Notes under the pieces: generated by a model | Seen by the model: the letters and a program-made list of their open reading frames with translations, nothing else | The model's database searches: none | What the model was told of the DNA's origin: nothing | Shown here: in pieces, positions 11,309-23,188 of the stretch | Layout of the letters: each line of letters begins with the position of its first letter | How positions within the stretch are numbered: the first letter of the stretch is position 1 | Program-made: the position numbers and the translations under genes | Source: Neoconidiobolus thromboides FSU 785 | Taxonomy: Eukaryota > Fungi > Entomophthoromycota | DNA: 64,000 nucleotides | Direction of reading: 5' to 3' | Assembly (NCBI GenBank): GCA_025603075.1 | Contig: MU626369.1 | Coordinates: 9,360 to 73,359 of the forward strand

Positions 11309-13226
11309 AAATAGTAAAAAGCCAAAATGTCACAAAATAAAACCTTTAGCCCTAATTATCGACTTATTTTATTACTAAAATCACCTTTTTTTAAAGAGAA
11401 TCTAATACTTTTTAGCAAATTTTTTGACAAAAGCCCATTTTAAATTATTTATTACTGGAGTGTTTTAAAATAAAAATGAGTAATTTTAAAATAGCAATGC
11501 CAAAAAACGTTATTTCAGCATTTTCTCGCTCTATCTAAGGATGACTCCTTAGCATTTAATAACTTCTAATGACAAAATTTAAACAATTTTAAATTTTTAA
11601 ATAATAAACATCAAAAAATCGCTTTAATTGTATTTATCCCTGATTAAAAAATTAAATTTTAGAAATTAAGGTAATCAAATGAAATTATTATAAAGATATT
11701 ACTATATAAAAATAACCATAGAACAATATAAAAGCTAATGGAATCAAATTAGCCTTATAGCTTTGTTCCATTTAAACTAACGATATCTTTCATTTATTTA
11801 TTAACATATATTATATAAACAAGTACTGAGTCTGGGTTCTATTATTAGGTACAATATAATTTAAAGAATTATTTCACTTTGCTTTAAGCTTTAAGGATTG
11901 TAGCATGTGACACATAAGTAATTGAAGTTGGTAACTTTAAGTTACTTTATGAGAATTTAAATACAAAAGTATTAAATTTGGTAATTTAATAATAACTAAG
12001 TCACATTATTAATACAAAAGAAGGTTCAAATACAAATGAACTTTTGTAATCTTTATAGATTTCGTATCAATCCTTATAATAGTACTAAGTTTTTAAACAA
12101 AACTAAGTGTCTTAAGTTTCAAGATATTGAGTATAAAACATAACTAAAACTTGAATTAGAAAAAGCAAAATTTAGAACTGTATTAGCTTATTAAATATAA
12201 AATATTATATAATGATTATATTTAAGAGTAATCAGTAATTTTATTTGTTTAGTTTATAAACTAGAGATTCTAAATGTAATAATATATCATAAAAAACTAA
12301 AGTTACAAAAAATAACCACTATATTTTTTATGAAAGTAATTTATAATGGGCGATATATATTTTATAAAATATATAGATTGTCACTTTTAAGTCTTTGTTT
12401 CCAGCCTATTGATTACCTAAATGTTGAATTATCATTTGTAGATTATCAGTAATTCAAATAACTAAAATCCTTAAAACTAATTGACCTGATGAAGAATTGT
12501 AATGTCATATTTTTCTAATATGGAAAAATAAAATAAAATACAGTATTTCCATCACACTTAGGTATAAAAAATTGTTTAAGGAGTAATCTATTACCATATT
12601 AAGTATAACGTTGTAACAGTTCTATGTTTTTATTTATTTGTAATTTTGATACTCAATATCACTCTAAAATATCATACTTCAAAGCTGCAAATCTTAATAA
12701 CATAAATCAGTAATTAATTTATCTTAAGTTTTGTAACCTTTATAACTGATTTAATTTTAACTTTGATTTTAATCTAATAAAATTATACACCTATTTTGAG
12801 TTAACTTTAATTACCATATTCTATTTAACTTAAATCTAGATAAAATATGTATTAGTTACTTTTATCTTAATTTACCCAACAGTTGTTTATTTTCAAAGCA
12901 AAGATAGATTTAGAGGATAGTATACCTAATATGGTATTTAAATGCTTATTAAAAAAGAGTGGTTTGAGTAACATAATTTAGATAACTGAAAACATGAACC
13001 AAAGTTGGTCTGTATCTTTCTTACTAGTATACCTCTCCGATTATAACTATATATTCTTTTGTTTATCTATATAATAAATAGGATAAACTTCATACATTCT
13101 ATAGATATATTCAAACAAACCATTTCCCCCTTAAGTGGTTTTATTATCCCTTTAGAAATTAAGAAATTTACAGTTAATATTCTCGTAAAATTATCTTTGC
13201 ATAATTTAGATAAGCGTAATCAATAT

Positions 13227-13321
13227 GGGGATGTATTTGTTTGAAAATTTTACTAACAGTTATTCTACTCAAATAGTGCTTGAAAAATGGAAAAAATGAC
13301 AAAATCAAAAAGAATATCCCC
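13227..13321 (+). mobile_element. MITE family 1, copy 6
   Basis: Consensus match; AT on both flanks. Confidence 0.85.
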
Positions 13322-14328
13322 ATATGTAACTTATTAGAGGGGGCATAACTCAAAATAGGAAAAATAAAGTTTTAATTGCTTTATTTCACAAACTTTAGGG
13401 TCTATCAACAAATTATGAAGATTCAACATGAAGTAATAAAATTTGGAGTAAACAGAAGCTTAGATAAATTTGGTCGTTGATAAAAATCAATTGTTTCATG
13501 TAAGAAAAAAAACAAACTTAAATTGCTCTAGGAGTTTGGATAAACCATGATTTCTAAGGATACAGTAAAAATTTATTGAAAGATCACGGTGATATTGATT
13601 GGTTGTATTTTTATAAAAAAATAAAGGACTCGATCGATGTCTAAAGAAATTGCGTAAAATAGGGATAATCATAAACAAGCTATTTTTTTTATGAATGGAG
13701 ATATTTTAAGGAAATATCAAGTTTTTTAAAAATGTGTGTATTGTAGTTTGAAAATATTAAAAACTATTTTATAATACGACCTAAAACTTTGTGTTATCAT
13801 GAAAAATGATATCTTGCCAATATATTATAATTTATCGATATATATTGATATGATTATACGTTGTTTTATAGTAAAATTCAGATCAAAACTACGAAAGTGA
13901 AATCAGTATACCATACAGTTACTAATAGTTACTAAAGTTGATTAATAAATCCAGATTCAATATTACAGAGAAAGGGGATTATAACAGAAAAATTTCAAAA
14001 ACTATAACTAAAAATACTAAGCTTGTAATATAAGGTTAAACCTAATATTCAATTATCATTAACTCTAAGTTGTGACTAAGTAGTATTATCTATTAGACTT
14101 TGTTTTACTTTTAATTTAACATAGAAATTTTAATTATAGATACATCTTTTGTATAATCTAATAATAAGTTCTGATTTAGAGATTTTTAAACAACGTTAAT
14201 CTTAATTTTGATTAAAATGCATTCTAAATTTATCTTTAAATGTAACTTATTGCATAAATAGAAATAAGAATCAAAAAGTATAAATAGTTAAGGATAAGAA
14301 ATTTTTTAAATTATTTATTTATTTTATA

Positions 14329-15120
14329 ATGAACTTGAATAATATAATGTTTAATAATTCCAAAGAGAATCAAGAAAAAAAATTCAAGCCCTTTGGAATG
14401 GAATCCTTTATAGGCCACATTCAAACTGTTAAAGATGCATTACTGCTCTTTGAGGCTGTAAGAAGTAACAACCTAAAGTGCATTGAAAGGAGGCTAAACG
14501 TAGCTGAAAGAAATAACATAAAGTCTGGTGCAACGTTCATATTCGATGAACAACAGTCTGGGTTACAAAGATGGACAGATGGGTATTCGTGGTCAACGTC
14601 AAGAGTAAAAGGCCACTTCTTAGTATATGAACAAAAGAACCAAATGGACCCCTTATTTAAAAAAACAATATCGGTTGTCACAAGAGATAATAAAAAGTAT
14701 TGCTTAGTCAATTATTATTATGGTAGAGATCTAGATAGTAATTGCTTAGTTACTCCAAAAGATTTACAAAGGTTTCAATCATACTCAATTCCAGCTGGAT
14801 TTTATTTCAAGTTCTCCTCTTCTTTAAAAGATGGTGCAAAGTCTTTTAAATTAACTCCATTAAGTGCAAATGATGATAGTGATGTATATACAAAAGAAGC
14901 TATTAAGCGTCCTAATCCTTTTGATTTACTTTTTAACCACGATAATATGACAACAACTTCTTCAATATCTACATTGCATCACTTCCCTAGCACCTCAGTA
15001 CCCCAAATCAACTATGAGAATACTTACCATGATACAAATACTTATAAGTCATACCCTACTTCTAGTTCTATGAAGTTACCAGGTATACAGTCATTACTTT
15101 TACGTGGTGATTATAATTAA
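14329..15120 (+). CDS. Gti1/Pac2 (WOPR) family transcription factor
   Basis: MESFIGHI.T..DALLLFEA, RRLNVAER..IKSGATFIFDE, RWTDGYSWSTSR...FLVY, LFKKTISV, LVNYY motifs. Confidence 0.93.
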   Translation: MNLNNIMFNNSKENQEKKFKPFGMESFIGHIQTVKDALLLFEAVRSNNLKCIERRLNVAERNNIKSGATFIFDEQQSGLQRWTDGYSWSTSRVKGHFLVYEQKNQMDPLFKKTISVVTRDNKKYCLVNYYYGRDLDSNCLVTPKDLQRFQSYSIPAGFYFKFSSSLKDGAKSFKLTPLSANDDSDVYTKEAIKRPNPFDLLFNHDNMTTTSSISTLHHFPSTSVPQINYENTYHDTNTYKSYPTSSSMKLPGIQSLLLRGDYN

Positions 15121-15966
15121 ATAAAATTTGCTTTAACTTTAAATTGCCTTATTAGTATGTTTGATTTTAATAAATTTTAACGATTCAAAAATCTTTAATT
15201 TCTAGAATAATTACATGTTTTATAAAAGGTTTAACTTATTACAACAATTCAATTAAAAATGAATTTTAATTCCTGTTAAATGGGAATGTAATAATTATCA
15301 TGCTTTTATTACAGAAAATTCGATATTTATGAAATTTATGGTTATTGCATGTTAAAATTAAGAATTTGAAAAATCTCGTAAACGTGAGGTGTTAAAAATT
15401 GATGTTTAAAATAAGGTAAATAGATACAAACGTTAGAAAATATCAAATTATATTAGTGGACATGGCTTTTTAGATGTCTTTTTTGAGCAATTTAAATCAT
15501 CTATTCACTTGTTTTTAATCCCCACTGATAAAAATGAAAATCTGAGGGTAATTACTAAAAATAGGGAACTCCGTACACACTCCCTTAATTAAAAGGATGA
15601 TTAAATTAATATTATGACCCATTTTAATCTGGTATAAATCCTTATTTTTAATACCCTATTTCTATTTGATAAGAAAATTTACTTTTTTAGACAACAGTCC
15701 TCTACTGCTGAAAAAGTTTATGCCCGCTCCAATATTTTAAGGGATATCTGTTTACATTTCTAATCTTTATTTTATTATAAAACGGTCATTATCTTTTAAC
15801 CTATTTCAATAGCATAAATAAGGCTTATATTCCTCACCAATCCAATTTATTATTTTTTACTAACTTGAAACTTAATAGAACAGTCTGATTGTTATAATTA
15901 GAAAGAATTCTTAATTTCTAAGTTTTAAAATAAAGATTTAAAATAAACTATAATTACTAATTACAT

Positions 15967-16292
15967 AGCTAAATTTAAAGTCTAGTTAAAATTGAAATCT
16001 CTTATATCACTTTTTGTCTATTTTTATATAGCGCAAAATTTAAAAAAGAAATATATAAATTTGAAAAAAAATGTTACAATATTGAGGATGTATTTTTTGT
16101 TTAGGAATTTTATTAACAATATCTCCGCTCAAATAACGCTTAAAAAATGGAAAAGTAATGAAACCAAAAAAATATCCTCACTATTAACTTTAAAATTGAG
16201 CAAAGTGGTAATACTGATGACATTTGTGCTTAATTTAAATCTTTGATAACTCAAAATTGAATAAAAATTGAGCTTTAGGTTTAAACTAACCT
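15967..16292 (+). mobile_element. MITE family 2, copy C, interrupted by a family-1 MITE
   Basis: The left part (CACTTTTTGTCTATTTTTATATAGCG) and right part (TAACTTTAAAATTGAGC...AAAAATTGAGC...TTTAAACTAACC) align with copies A and B. Confidence 0.7.
16084..16179 (+). mobile_element. MITE family 1, copy 7 (nested in family-2 copy C)
   Basis: Consensus match; flanks are degenerate. Confidence 0.85.
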
Positions 16293-16320
16293 ACAACCTA
16301 CAACCTACAACCTACAACCT
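16288..16320. repeat. (AACCTAC)x4.7 tandem repeat
   Basis: Perfect 7-mer array starting within the right end of family-2 copy C. Confidence 0.9.
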
Positions 16321-16959
16321 AATTTATATTTGAATTTTCAAATCGTTTAGTTATGTTTTTAAAAAGTTATAGAGCTTTTTCCAAAACTTCACATCCCCCC
16401 TATATTAATTTTAAAATCAGAATGCTATTTTAAGATGACAGCCTCATTTATCAGAATATTCTAAAGCATTTTTAATCTATACTAAGTTTTCTTTTTTATT
16501 GAACAAAAAACAACAAGGAAAAACATAACTACCTGCTGAAGCATGGTTAAATTATAAAAAGTACTAAATGGAAATGACTATCATTTCTATTGTTCTTTTG
16601 TTTTTTCGTCGACTTTTTAATCTCATTTTACTTATTAGCAAATTTATCAACAGACCACTTCAAAGCATATTGCTCTTCTAAGGATATATAAAAAAGTTTC
16701 TAACTCCAAAAATAAAATAATTTTATAATAAATACATCAGTAGTAAGCTTTTATTTTCTATGGTATTTATATCAAAGAGCTCAAAATTTTGTAATAGTTA
16801 ATATAAGATCCTATTTACTTGAAATATAAATAGTCCAAAGAGTTAGATAAGAATTGAAATTTTCATGATTAGAATACTATTTAATATTTAATAAACCATA
16901 TAAATAGGGTTTACTTATAGTTTAAATAGAATAAAATAAAATAAAATAAAATATTATTT

Positions 16960-18555
16960 TTATTTTACAGTAATTTTACAGCCTTCCCTAAAAGGTATAT
17001 GTTTCACAAATAATGATGAAATAAATGTAAAGCTAGCAAATAAAATAAGCAACAAATATGAATATTTTATACCCTGAAGGTAGCTTTCTTGTACTAACAC
17101 TATTTGATTGGGAGTTAAACTAGATATTCCGTTTGAAGATGATATTATAGTGATAGGGTTTACATTAGGCAGCTTTTCTGCTAAAGTTGATATTAAAACT
17201 GTAGAGAAAATTGATCCTTGAATAGCTAAACCAAGGATTGAACCTAAAGGGAAAGAAAGGCCAATTACAGCAGTGATGATTGCAACATCTTTTTCCTCTA
17301 CAGCACATTGACAAATAATCAGACTATTTATTGCACATATTCCAACCCCCAATCCAATAAGTAAAGTATAAATAATTTCCTCAGCTCTGGTAATATCTAA
17401 TCGTAAAAGGGTACCAAACAAAGTGACTCCTAAGAGTGTTGAAAAAGAGCCAACCATAGACATTATCCTATAGCTTTTTGTCTTGGTAATAAAAATTCCA
17501 GTGAACATTGCTCCAAAAACAGTCCCTAAAAGAAAGGGAAGGATTTCAATACCAGAATAAAGTGTTGATTTTCCTTTAACTACTTGATAATATAAAGGAA
17601 TATAATATACCGTTACTAAAGAACTAAATCCGTTAAAAAAATCCACAAGGTTAGCACATATTGTATTTCTATTTAGGATATGAACAGGAATAATTGGTTC
17701 CTTAACAAATTTTAACTCAATGATACCAAAAAAAATGTACATCAGTATTCCAATGACAATAGTAGAAAGCACAGGTGCTGAACTCCAAGTATATTCTTTA
17801 CCAGCCCAATTAAGCCCTAGAATAATACAGATATTAGCCCCAATTAAAGTTAAACTGCCCAAATAATCTATACGTAGTAACTTATTGCTTAAGTTTTCTT
17901 TTTTTGATGGTACCTTTAAAGATACAATAAACACTACCATTGTTACAATACAAATTGGTACATTTATATAAAAAGCCCAACGCCAAGATAAGCCATCACT
18001 AAATGAACCACCAATTAAAGGTGCAACTATAGAAGCTAAACCATAAGCAGTAGAAATTGCACTCATATAAAGACCACGAGTTTTTATAGGAACTATATCT
18101 GAAAGTATAATAGCTGAAATTGCTATTAAACCACCGCCACCAATACCACAAATAGCACGAAAGATAATAAAAAGGATAATATTTTGGGTAGTACCACACG
18201 CGATAGTACCAATCAGAAAAAAGGTCAAAGAGAATAAGATCGAAGGCTTTCTACCAAAAATATCAGATAGTCTTCCATATAGTGGTAGCATTGCTGTTGA
18301 AGTTAAAGAGTATGCTACCCCTACCCAAGTAATAAGATTTAACCCCCCAAGCTCATTAAGGATGGGTCCGAACGCTGTGGATACCATAATATTGTCTAAT
18401 ACAGGGATCAAATTTGATAGAATCAAGCCTAAAATTATTATTCTTAGCCTCCACTTACTTATTTTGAACTCATCACCTATATAACTATCTTCACATCTTT
18501 GATCTAATTGATATTTTGAATCAGGCTCATCGTTTGAAAAAATACCATCATTCAT
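16960..18555 (-). CDS. MFS drug:H+ antiporter, DHA2 (14-TMS) family
   Basis: LDNIMVSTA, YGRLSDIFGRK, FRAICGIGGGG, WRWAFYINVP, IDYLG motifs. First ATG is at 18555; the ORF track starts at an upstream TTG. Confidence 0.93.
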   Translation of the reverse strand: MNDGIFSNDEPDSKYQLDQRCEDSYIGDEFKISKWRLRIIILGLILSNLIPVLDNIMVSTAFGPILNELGGLNLITWVGVAYSLTSTAMLPLYGRLSDIFGRKPSILFSLTFFLIGTIACGTTQNIILFIIFRAICGIGGGGLIAISAIILSDIVPIKTRGLYMSAISTAYGLASIVAPLIGGSFSDGLSWRWAFYINVPICIVTMVVFIVSLKVPSKKENLSNKLLRIDYLGSLTLIGANICIILGLNWAGKEYTWSSAPVLSTIVIGILMYIFFGIIELKFVKEPIIPVHILNRNTICANLVDFFNGFSSLVTVYYIPLYYQVVKGKSTLYSGIEILPFLLGTVFGAMFTGIFITKTKSYRIMSMVGSFSTLLGVTLFGTLLRLDITRAEEIIYTLLIGLGVGICAINSLIICQCAVEEKDVAIITAVIGLSFPLGSILGLAIQGSIFSTVLISTLAEKLPNVNPITIISSSNGISSLTPNQIVLVQESYLQGIKYSYLLLILFASFTFISSLFVKHIPFREGCKITVK

Positions 18556-19501
18556 TATGTAATTCCGCGAGCGTTGCTGCCTTTTTGTTTTATAGATTTG
18601 AATCGGTACAATAATCGAATACTTTTGTGAAATCAACTGTTAGTAGAGCTATAAGATGTTCCAGATTTATATACTTAGTTGTTTAGAAGTATTATTAATT
18701 CTAGGTATATTTATAGATTTAAATTAAAAGAATGCTTTTTTATTTTTTTCTAGTCGAAATATGTTTTTTTTTCTTAGTTTGGATTATCTTATTGTTTATT
18801 ACTGTATTGTATTTATACCTTTAAAACAGATGACTTGGGTCCTGGTCCTAAAGGAACATGTCTAAAGTTTGCCTATTAAAGACCAATGTACTAAATTTAC
18901 CTCAAGTTTTTTTTACACAATATGGCTTGGCATGAATTCTTCAAGATTTAAAAATACTAAGAATAATTCATAACTTTTAGTTATACAACTTAATTACTTA
19001 AAGTATCCTTTAACTATATCAGTTTTTTAAGTCAGTCAATAAATATACAGGGATTGTAAAGAGCAACAGGTTATATTTTTATCCTAATAAAATGTTTTCC
19101 TTTTTTTCAATATGCTATTTTTTTGATATTATAGAAAGAAGAACTTAAACAAAATAAAAACAATTTTTATCTAAAATCTACTTAACAAATAAATACCTTA
19201 GATTGTGGTAAGGTTACCTCATTTAGCTAGTAATTATATAAATAATAGAAGAGCATTTTTAAATCTACACATTTTGTTTACCCTGCTCTTTACATTTATA
19301 ATTTTTAAATATAATAAGTCAAGCATAGAATTTTCACTCCGATTTTAACAAATTAAAATTCAGTTCTACAAATACAAGTGAATAAACAATAATATTATAT
19401 TTATATAGATGAGGGTAGAATAGTCCACATTTGAATAATTATCAAACAAGCGTATTTATTTAAAAATGTAACTAGTTTTGATTTTAATTTTATAATCATA
19501 T

Positions 19502-21106
19502 TTAACTTACAGTAATATTAGAGCCTTTTCTAAAAGGAATATGTTTCACAAACAAGGAAAATACAAATGCTAAAACTTGAAAACCAATCAAAGAGTAATA
19601 TAAATATTTAAATGCTTGGATGTATGCTTGGCTGACTATGATGGACTGCTCTGAAGTTAGTTTTCTCAACTCTTCAGCATTTGAAATAATCATATTGGTA
19701 TTAATAGCAGGCAAATTTTTAGATAAATTGTTTAGTAAAATATTTGAAAATACGGATCCTTGGACAGCTAGTCCTAAAACCGACCCTAAAGATTGTGTAA
19801 AATTAACCAGTGCAGTGACAATTGCAACATCTTTCTCTTCAACTGCACATTGGCATATGATGGTATTAGTTTGTACACATAAACCAAGTCCAACGCCAAT
19901 GATAAGAGTAAACAAAATTTCCTCTACTCGAGTAATATCCGTCCTTAATAAAGTTCCAAATAAAATGACACCGACCAAAACTAAAGTAGTACCAACAATA
20001 GGTAGGACTCTATAGCTACCTGTCTTTGATGCAAAAATACCAGAAAAAATTGAAGCAAATATAACCCCCAACAGAAAAGGTAATAACTCTAATCCAGCAT
20101 ATATAGCGGAGCTCCCTTTAATAATCTGATAATATAGCGGTATGTAGTATAAGGACACCATCAATGTAAACCCATTAAAAAAAGTGACAAGGTTAGCACT
20201 TATAGTATTTCGATTTAATACATAACCAGGCACTATAGGCTCAATGGCATACCTAATTTCTACTATTATAAAAATAGCAAACATTATGACAGCTATTATA
20301 ATAGTAAATACGACCCGAAAAGAATCCCAACTGTAATCTTTGCCACCCCAATTTAATGCCAAAACTAAGCATGTGTTTGCTATAATTAAGGAAGAAGCCC
20401 CTAAATAATCAATCCTTTGAAACTTTTTCAAGAAATTTTCGTTTGTTTTAGGCAATTTTAAGAAAAACAGTATGATAGCAATAGTTATCACACAAATTGG
20501 AATATTAATATAAAATGCCCAACGCCAAGATAATCCTTCACTAAAAGCACCCCCAATTAAAGGGCCAACGACAGAGGCAAGAGCAAATATAGCCCCTACA
20601 ATACCCATATAGATGCCTCTTGTTTGCATAGGTGCCATATCTGAGATAATGATAATAGCAATTGAGATTAATCCACCCCCACCAATTCCAGCAATGGCAC
20701 GAAATACAATTAAGATGATAATGTTTTGGGCTACCCCACAGACTATGGAGCCAATTAAAAACGAAATCAATGCAAATAAAATGGTTGGTTTACGTCCAAA
20801 AATATCTGAGAATTTACCATATAGTGGCTGTAAAACAGTGCTTGTTAAGAGATAAGACGCAGCCACCCAAGTGATTTGATCCAAACTATTAAATTCGGAT
20901 GTTATTATTGTTAGTGAAGTGGAGACCACTGTATTGTCCAAGGCTGCTATAAACAGAGTAAGAGATAGCCCAAGCATGATTATGATCATTTGAGAGCGTG
21001 TTATCTTCTGTTTGCTTAAATCAATACCCACTATATCTCTCTCTTCCTCATTTTCTTTAACTATGGTTTTGTTATTATTTGCTTCAACGTCATCTAGATT
21101 TTTCAT
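19502..21106 (-). CDS. MFS drug:H+ antiporter, DHA2 family (tandem paralog)
   Basis: LDNTVVSTS, YGKFSDIFGRK, WRWAFYINIP motifs; colinear with the neighbouring MFS gene. Confidence 0.95.
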   Translation of the reverse strand: MKNLDDVEANNNKTIVKENEEERDIVGIDLSKQKITRSQMIIIMLGLSLTLFIAALDNTVVSTSLTIITSEFNSLDQITWVAASYLLTSTVLQPLYGKFSDIFGRKPTILFALISFLIGSIVCGVAQNIIILIVFRAIAGIGGGGLISIAIIIISDMAPMQTRGIYMGIVGAIFALASVVGPLIGGAFSEGLSWRWAFYINIPICVITIAIILFFLKLPKTNENFLKKFQRIDYLGASSLIIANTCLVLALNWGGKDYSWDSFRVVFTIIIAVIMFAIFIIVEIRYAIEPIVPGYVLNRNTISANLVTFFNGFTLMVSLYYIPLYYQIIKGSSAIYAGLELLPFLLGVIFASIFSGIFASKTGSYRVLPIVGTTLVLVGVILFGTLLRTDITRVEEILFTLIIGVGLGLCVQTNTIICQCAVEEKDVAIVTALVNFTQSLGSVLGLAVQGSVFSNILLNNLSKNLPAINTNMIISNAEELRKLTSEQSIIVSQAYIQAFKYLYYSLIGFQVLAFVFSLFVKHIPFRKGSNITVS

Positions 21107-21983
21107 GGTTTTTAATACAAAATATGGTAAATAGCTATTAAATAAATAATAGTTGTCATGGATTAACCCTTTATTTATATATTTTGAGTTTAGTTTTTAA
21201 TTAAATGTATTTTTATGCTAGTTTCAAAGTTAACTTCTTTTGGTCTATTTTAATTTGGGGAGTATACTTAGGGTTTTAATTGGTAAGATAATTAACAAAC
21301 TTTTATCATAGGTATTTAATTTAAACCTAATGGAAATTAGCTTTTATTAATTCAAATCATTATTGATTTTCTAATCTCTCAATATTATATGTTGGAATTG
21401 TAATATATTTTCAAAGGGGACCTTTAATTTATTCAATGTAATGTTTTAACCATAGGTTTATAGAAACGTGATTTTTATATCTATATGTCTATGTCCTTAA
21501 CTTTAAAATATTTACCCCAAGGCCTTAAATTTTTAAAACTGGGACTTAATTTAAAATTGTAAACTCCTTTTTTACACCTATGATTTATAAATTAAGGGTA
21601 GTAAAGTCATAACTTTATATATTTTAAAGTAATAGTATATTTTTAAGTATTTAAAGCAACATGTGTTTGAGACAGTTTAACTTTTGAACTGAGAAGATCC
21701 TATTCAACTTGATATCACTTTCGTTATAACACTTTACAGTTTTTCTATGTACACAGTCTATTCTTAGTACTTTAGGTTCTGAAATAGGTCTTTATAGCTA
21801 AAGTAATCAAAAATCTATGTTGAACCGTTTTTAATCAACAAGAATTTTCTATTAATCTTAAAAGAAATAATTATGCCAAATATTGCTATCAATACATATT
21901 ATATGAAAATGGTTTTCTATTTCAGTATTTAATCCTCTTTTTAAGTTTCTTAAAATTTAAGTTATTATTAGGTATTCCTATAT

Positions 21984-22079
21984 GGAGTTTTTTTTGGTTT
22001 CATCACTTTCCCAATTTTTTAAGCGCTATTTGAGCAGAAAGATTACTAATAAAATCTTTGAATAAAAAAATAGATACTC
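21984..22079 (-). mobile_element. MITE family 1, copy 8
   Basis: Reverse-orientation match with degenerate ends. Confidence 0.8.
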
Positions 22080-23188
22080 ACATACTCTTATTTAAATTTA
22101 ATAATAATAAAACACTGCTTAATTTGAGAAAAAAGCTTGAAAAACAAATACAAGCTATTTAAATAAAATAGGTTACTACTTTTTATAATCTAATTTTTTT
22201 TTGAAATTTTTTTAACTATAACATTTAAATAAATCAAAAAGCAATTTATACTTCGATTTCGCAGTCTTTATAGCTAAGATTTGCCCAAAAACAAATAAAC
22301 ATGAGGATGTCTAATGGTGCATTTTTATATAAAAAACATTCGTATATATCACTTAAAATGGACTACTTATTCCAATGTATATTTTCTAAGTATAATGTAA
22401 AATCCTGAAGCAGATGATAATTTTGATACAAATAAAATAAGCCTTCATAAAACAGAAAATAGCTTTCAAAACACATTCTAACTTGCATCAAAACTCAAAC
22501 AGTTTATTTTAAAATATTTTTACTTAAAATGATGGTATAGCTATATGGTGCATAAACAGCATAATTTCAAAAAGTAGACTAACAATCAGGCAACTTTTTG
22601 TTTAAAAATTTTTACGCGGACCAAACCTTCAGCCAATCATATCCAAAATTATTAACCAATGAAAATTTTTCATTTAAGCTCTTTTTAAAAAGTATAAAAT
22701 CAAATCTAAGGTGATTACAAATTTTATCTTTATACTATCTCAAAAGTAAGTTTTAATTTCACGTTTTTAAAATAAGACTGTGATGCATAACACACCTTTA
22801 TCAACTAGCATAGGCAATGATGTTGTTAAGTTAACCATCTTTCGGGACTGATGATTTATATTATAAATTCTATCATTTTATGAATTTTATACTAATTATA
22901 TTATTTTAGATCTATAAATCAGCATATATTACATATTAATAAAACTATCTAAGCTTCTAACATCATTTTATCTCTTTTACATTATAATTTACAATTTAAA
23001 TAATCTGCATTTTATACCCATATAGAAAAGCTTATAGTTAAACATTTTTTGGAAAATACTAGACCAAAGGCTAGTACCAACTTTATTAGTTATATTAAGA
23101 TAGAATAAAGTAAAACAAAACAATAATTAAAATTAACACTCACAAAATTCAACTATTGTAACAATTCAAAGTAATTATCTCTAGTGTA

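Noticed and set aside
12354-12375. 22-bp A/T-only palindrome
   Set aside because: Low-complexity TA/T/A runs; expected by chance at this AT content.
12880-13740. Stop-rich frames and short ORFs (13059, 13496) suggesting a decayed gene or transposon
   Set aside because: No recognisable motif; the 13059 ORF runs into a MITE.
15992-16246. 84-aa ORF (and the 94-aa ORF at 36746-37030)
   Set aside because: These read through MITE sequence; they are low-complexity by-products rather than genes.
22530-22860. Frame that looks long if TAA/TAG are read as Gln (alternative genetic code or pseudogene)
   Set aside because: Real genes in the window end at TAA/TAG normally, so there is no code reassignment, and no homology was recognised.
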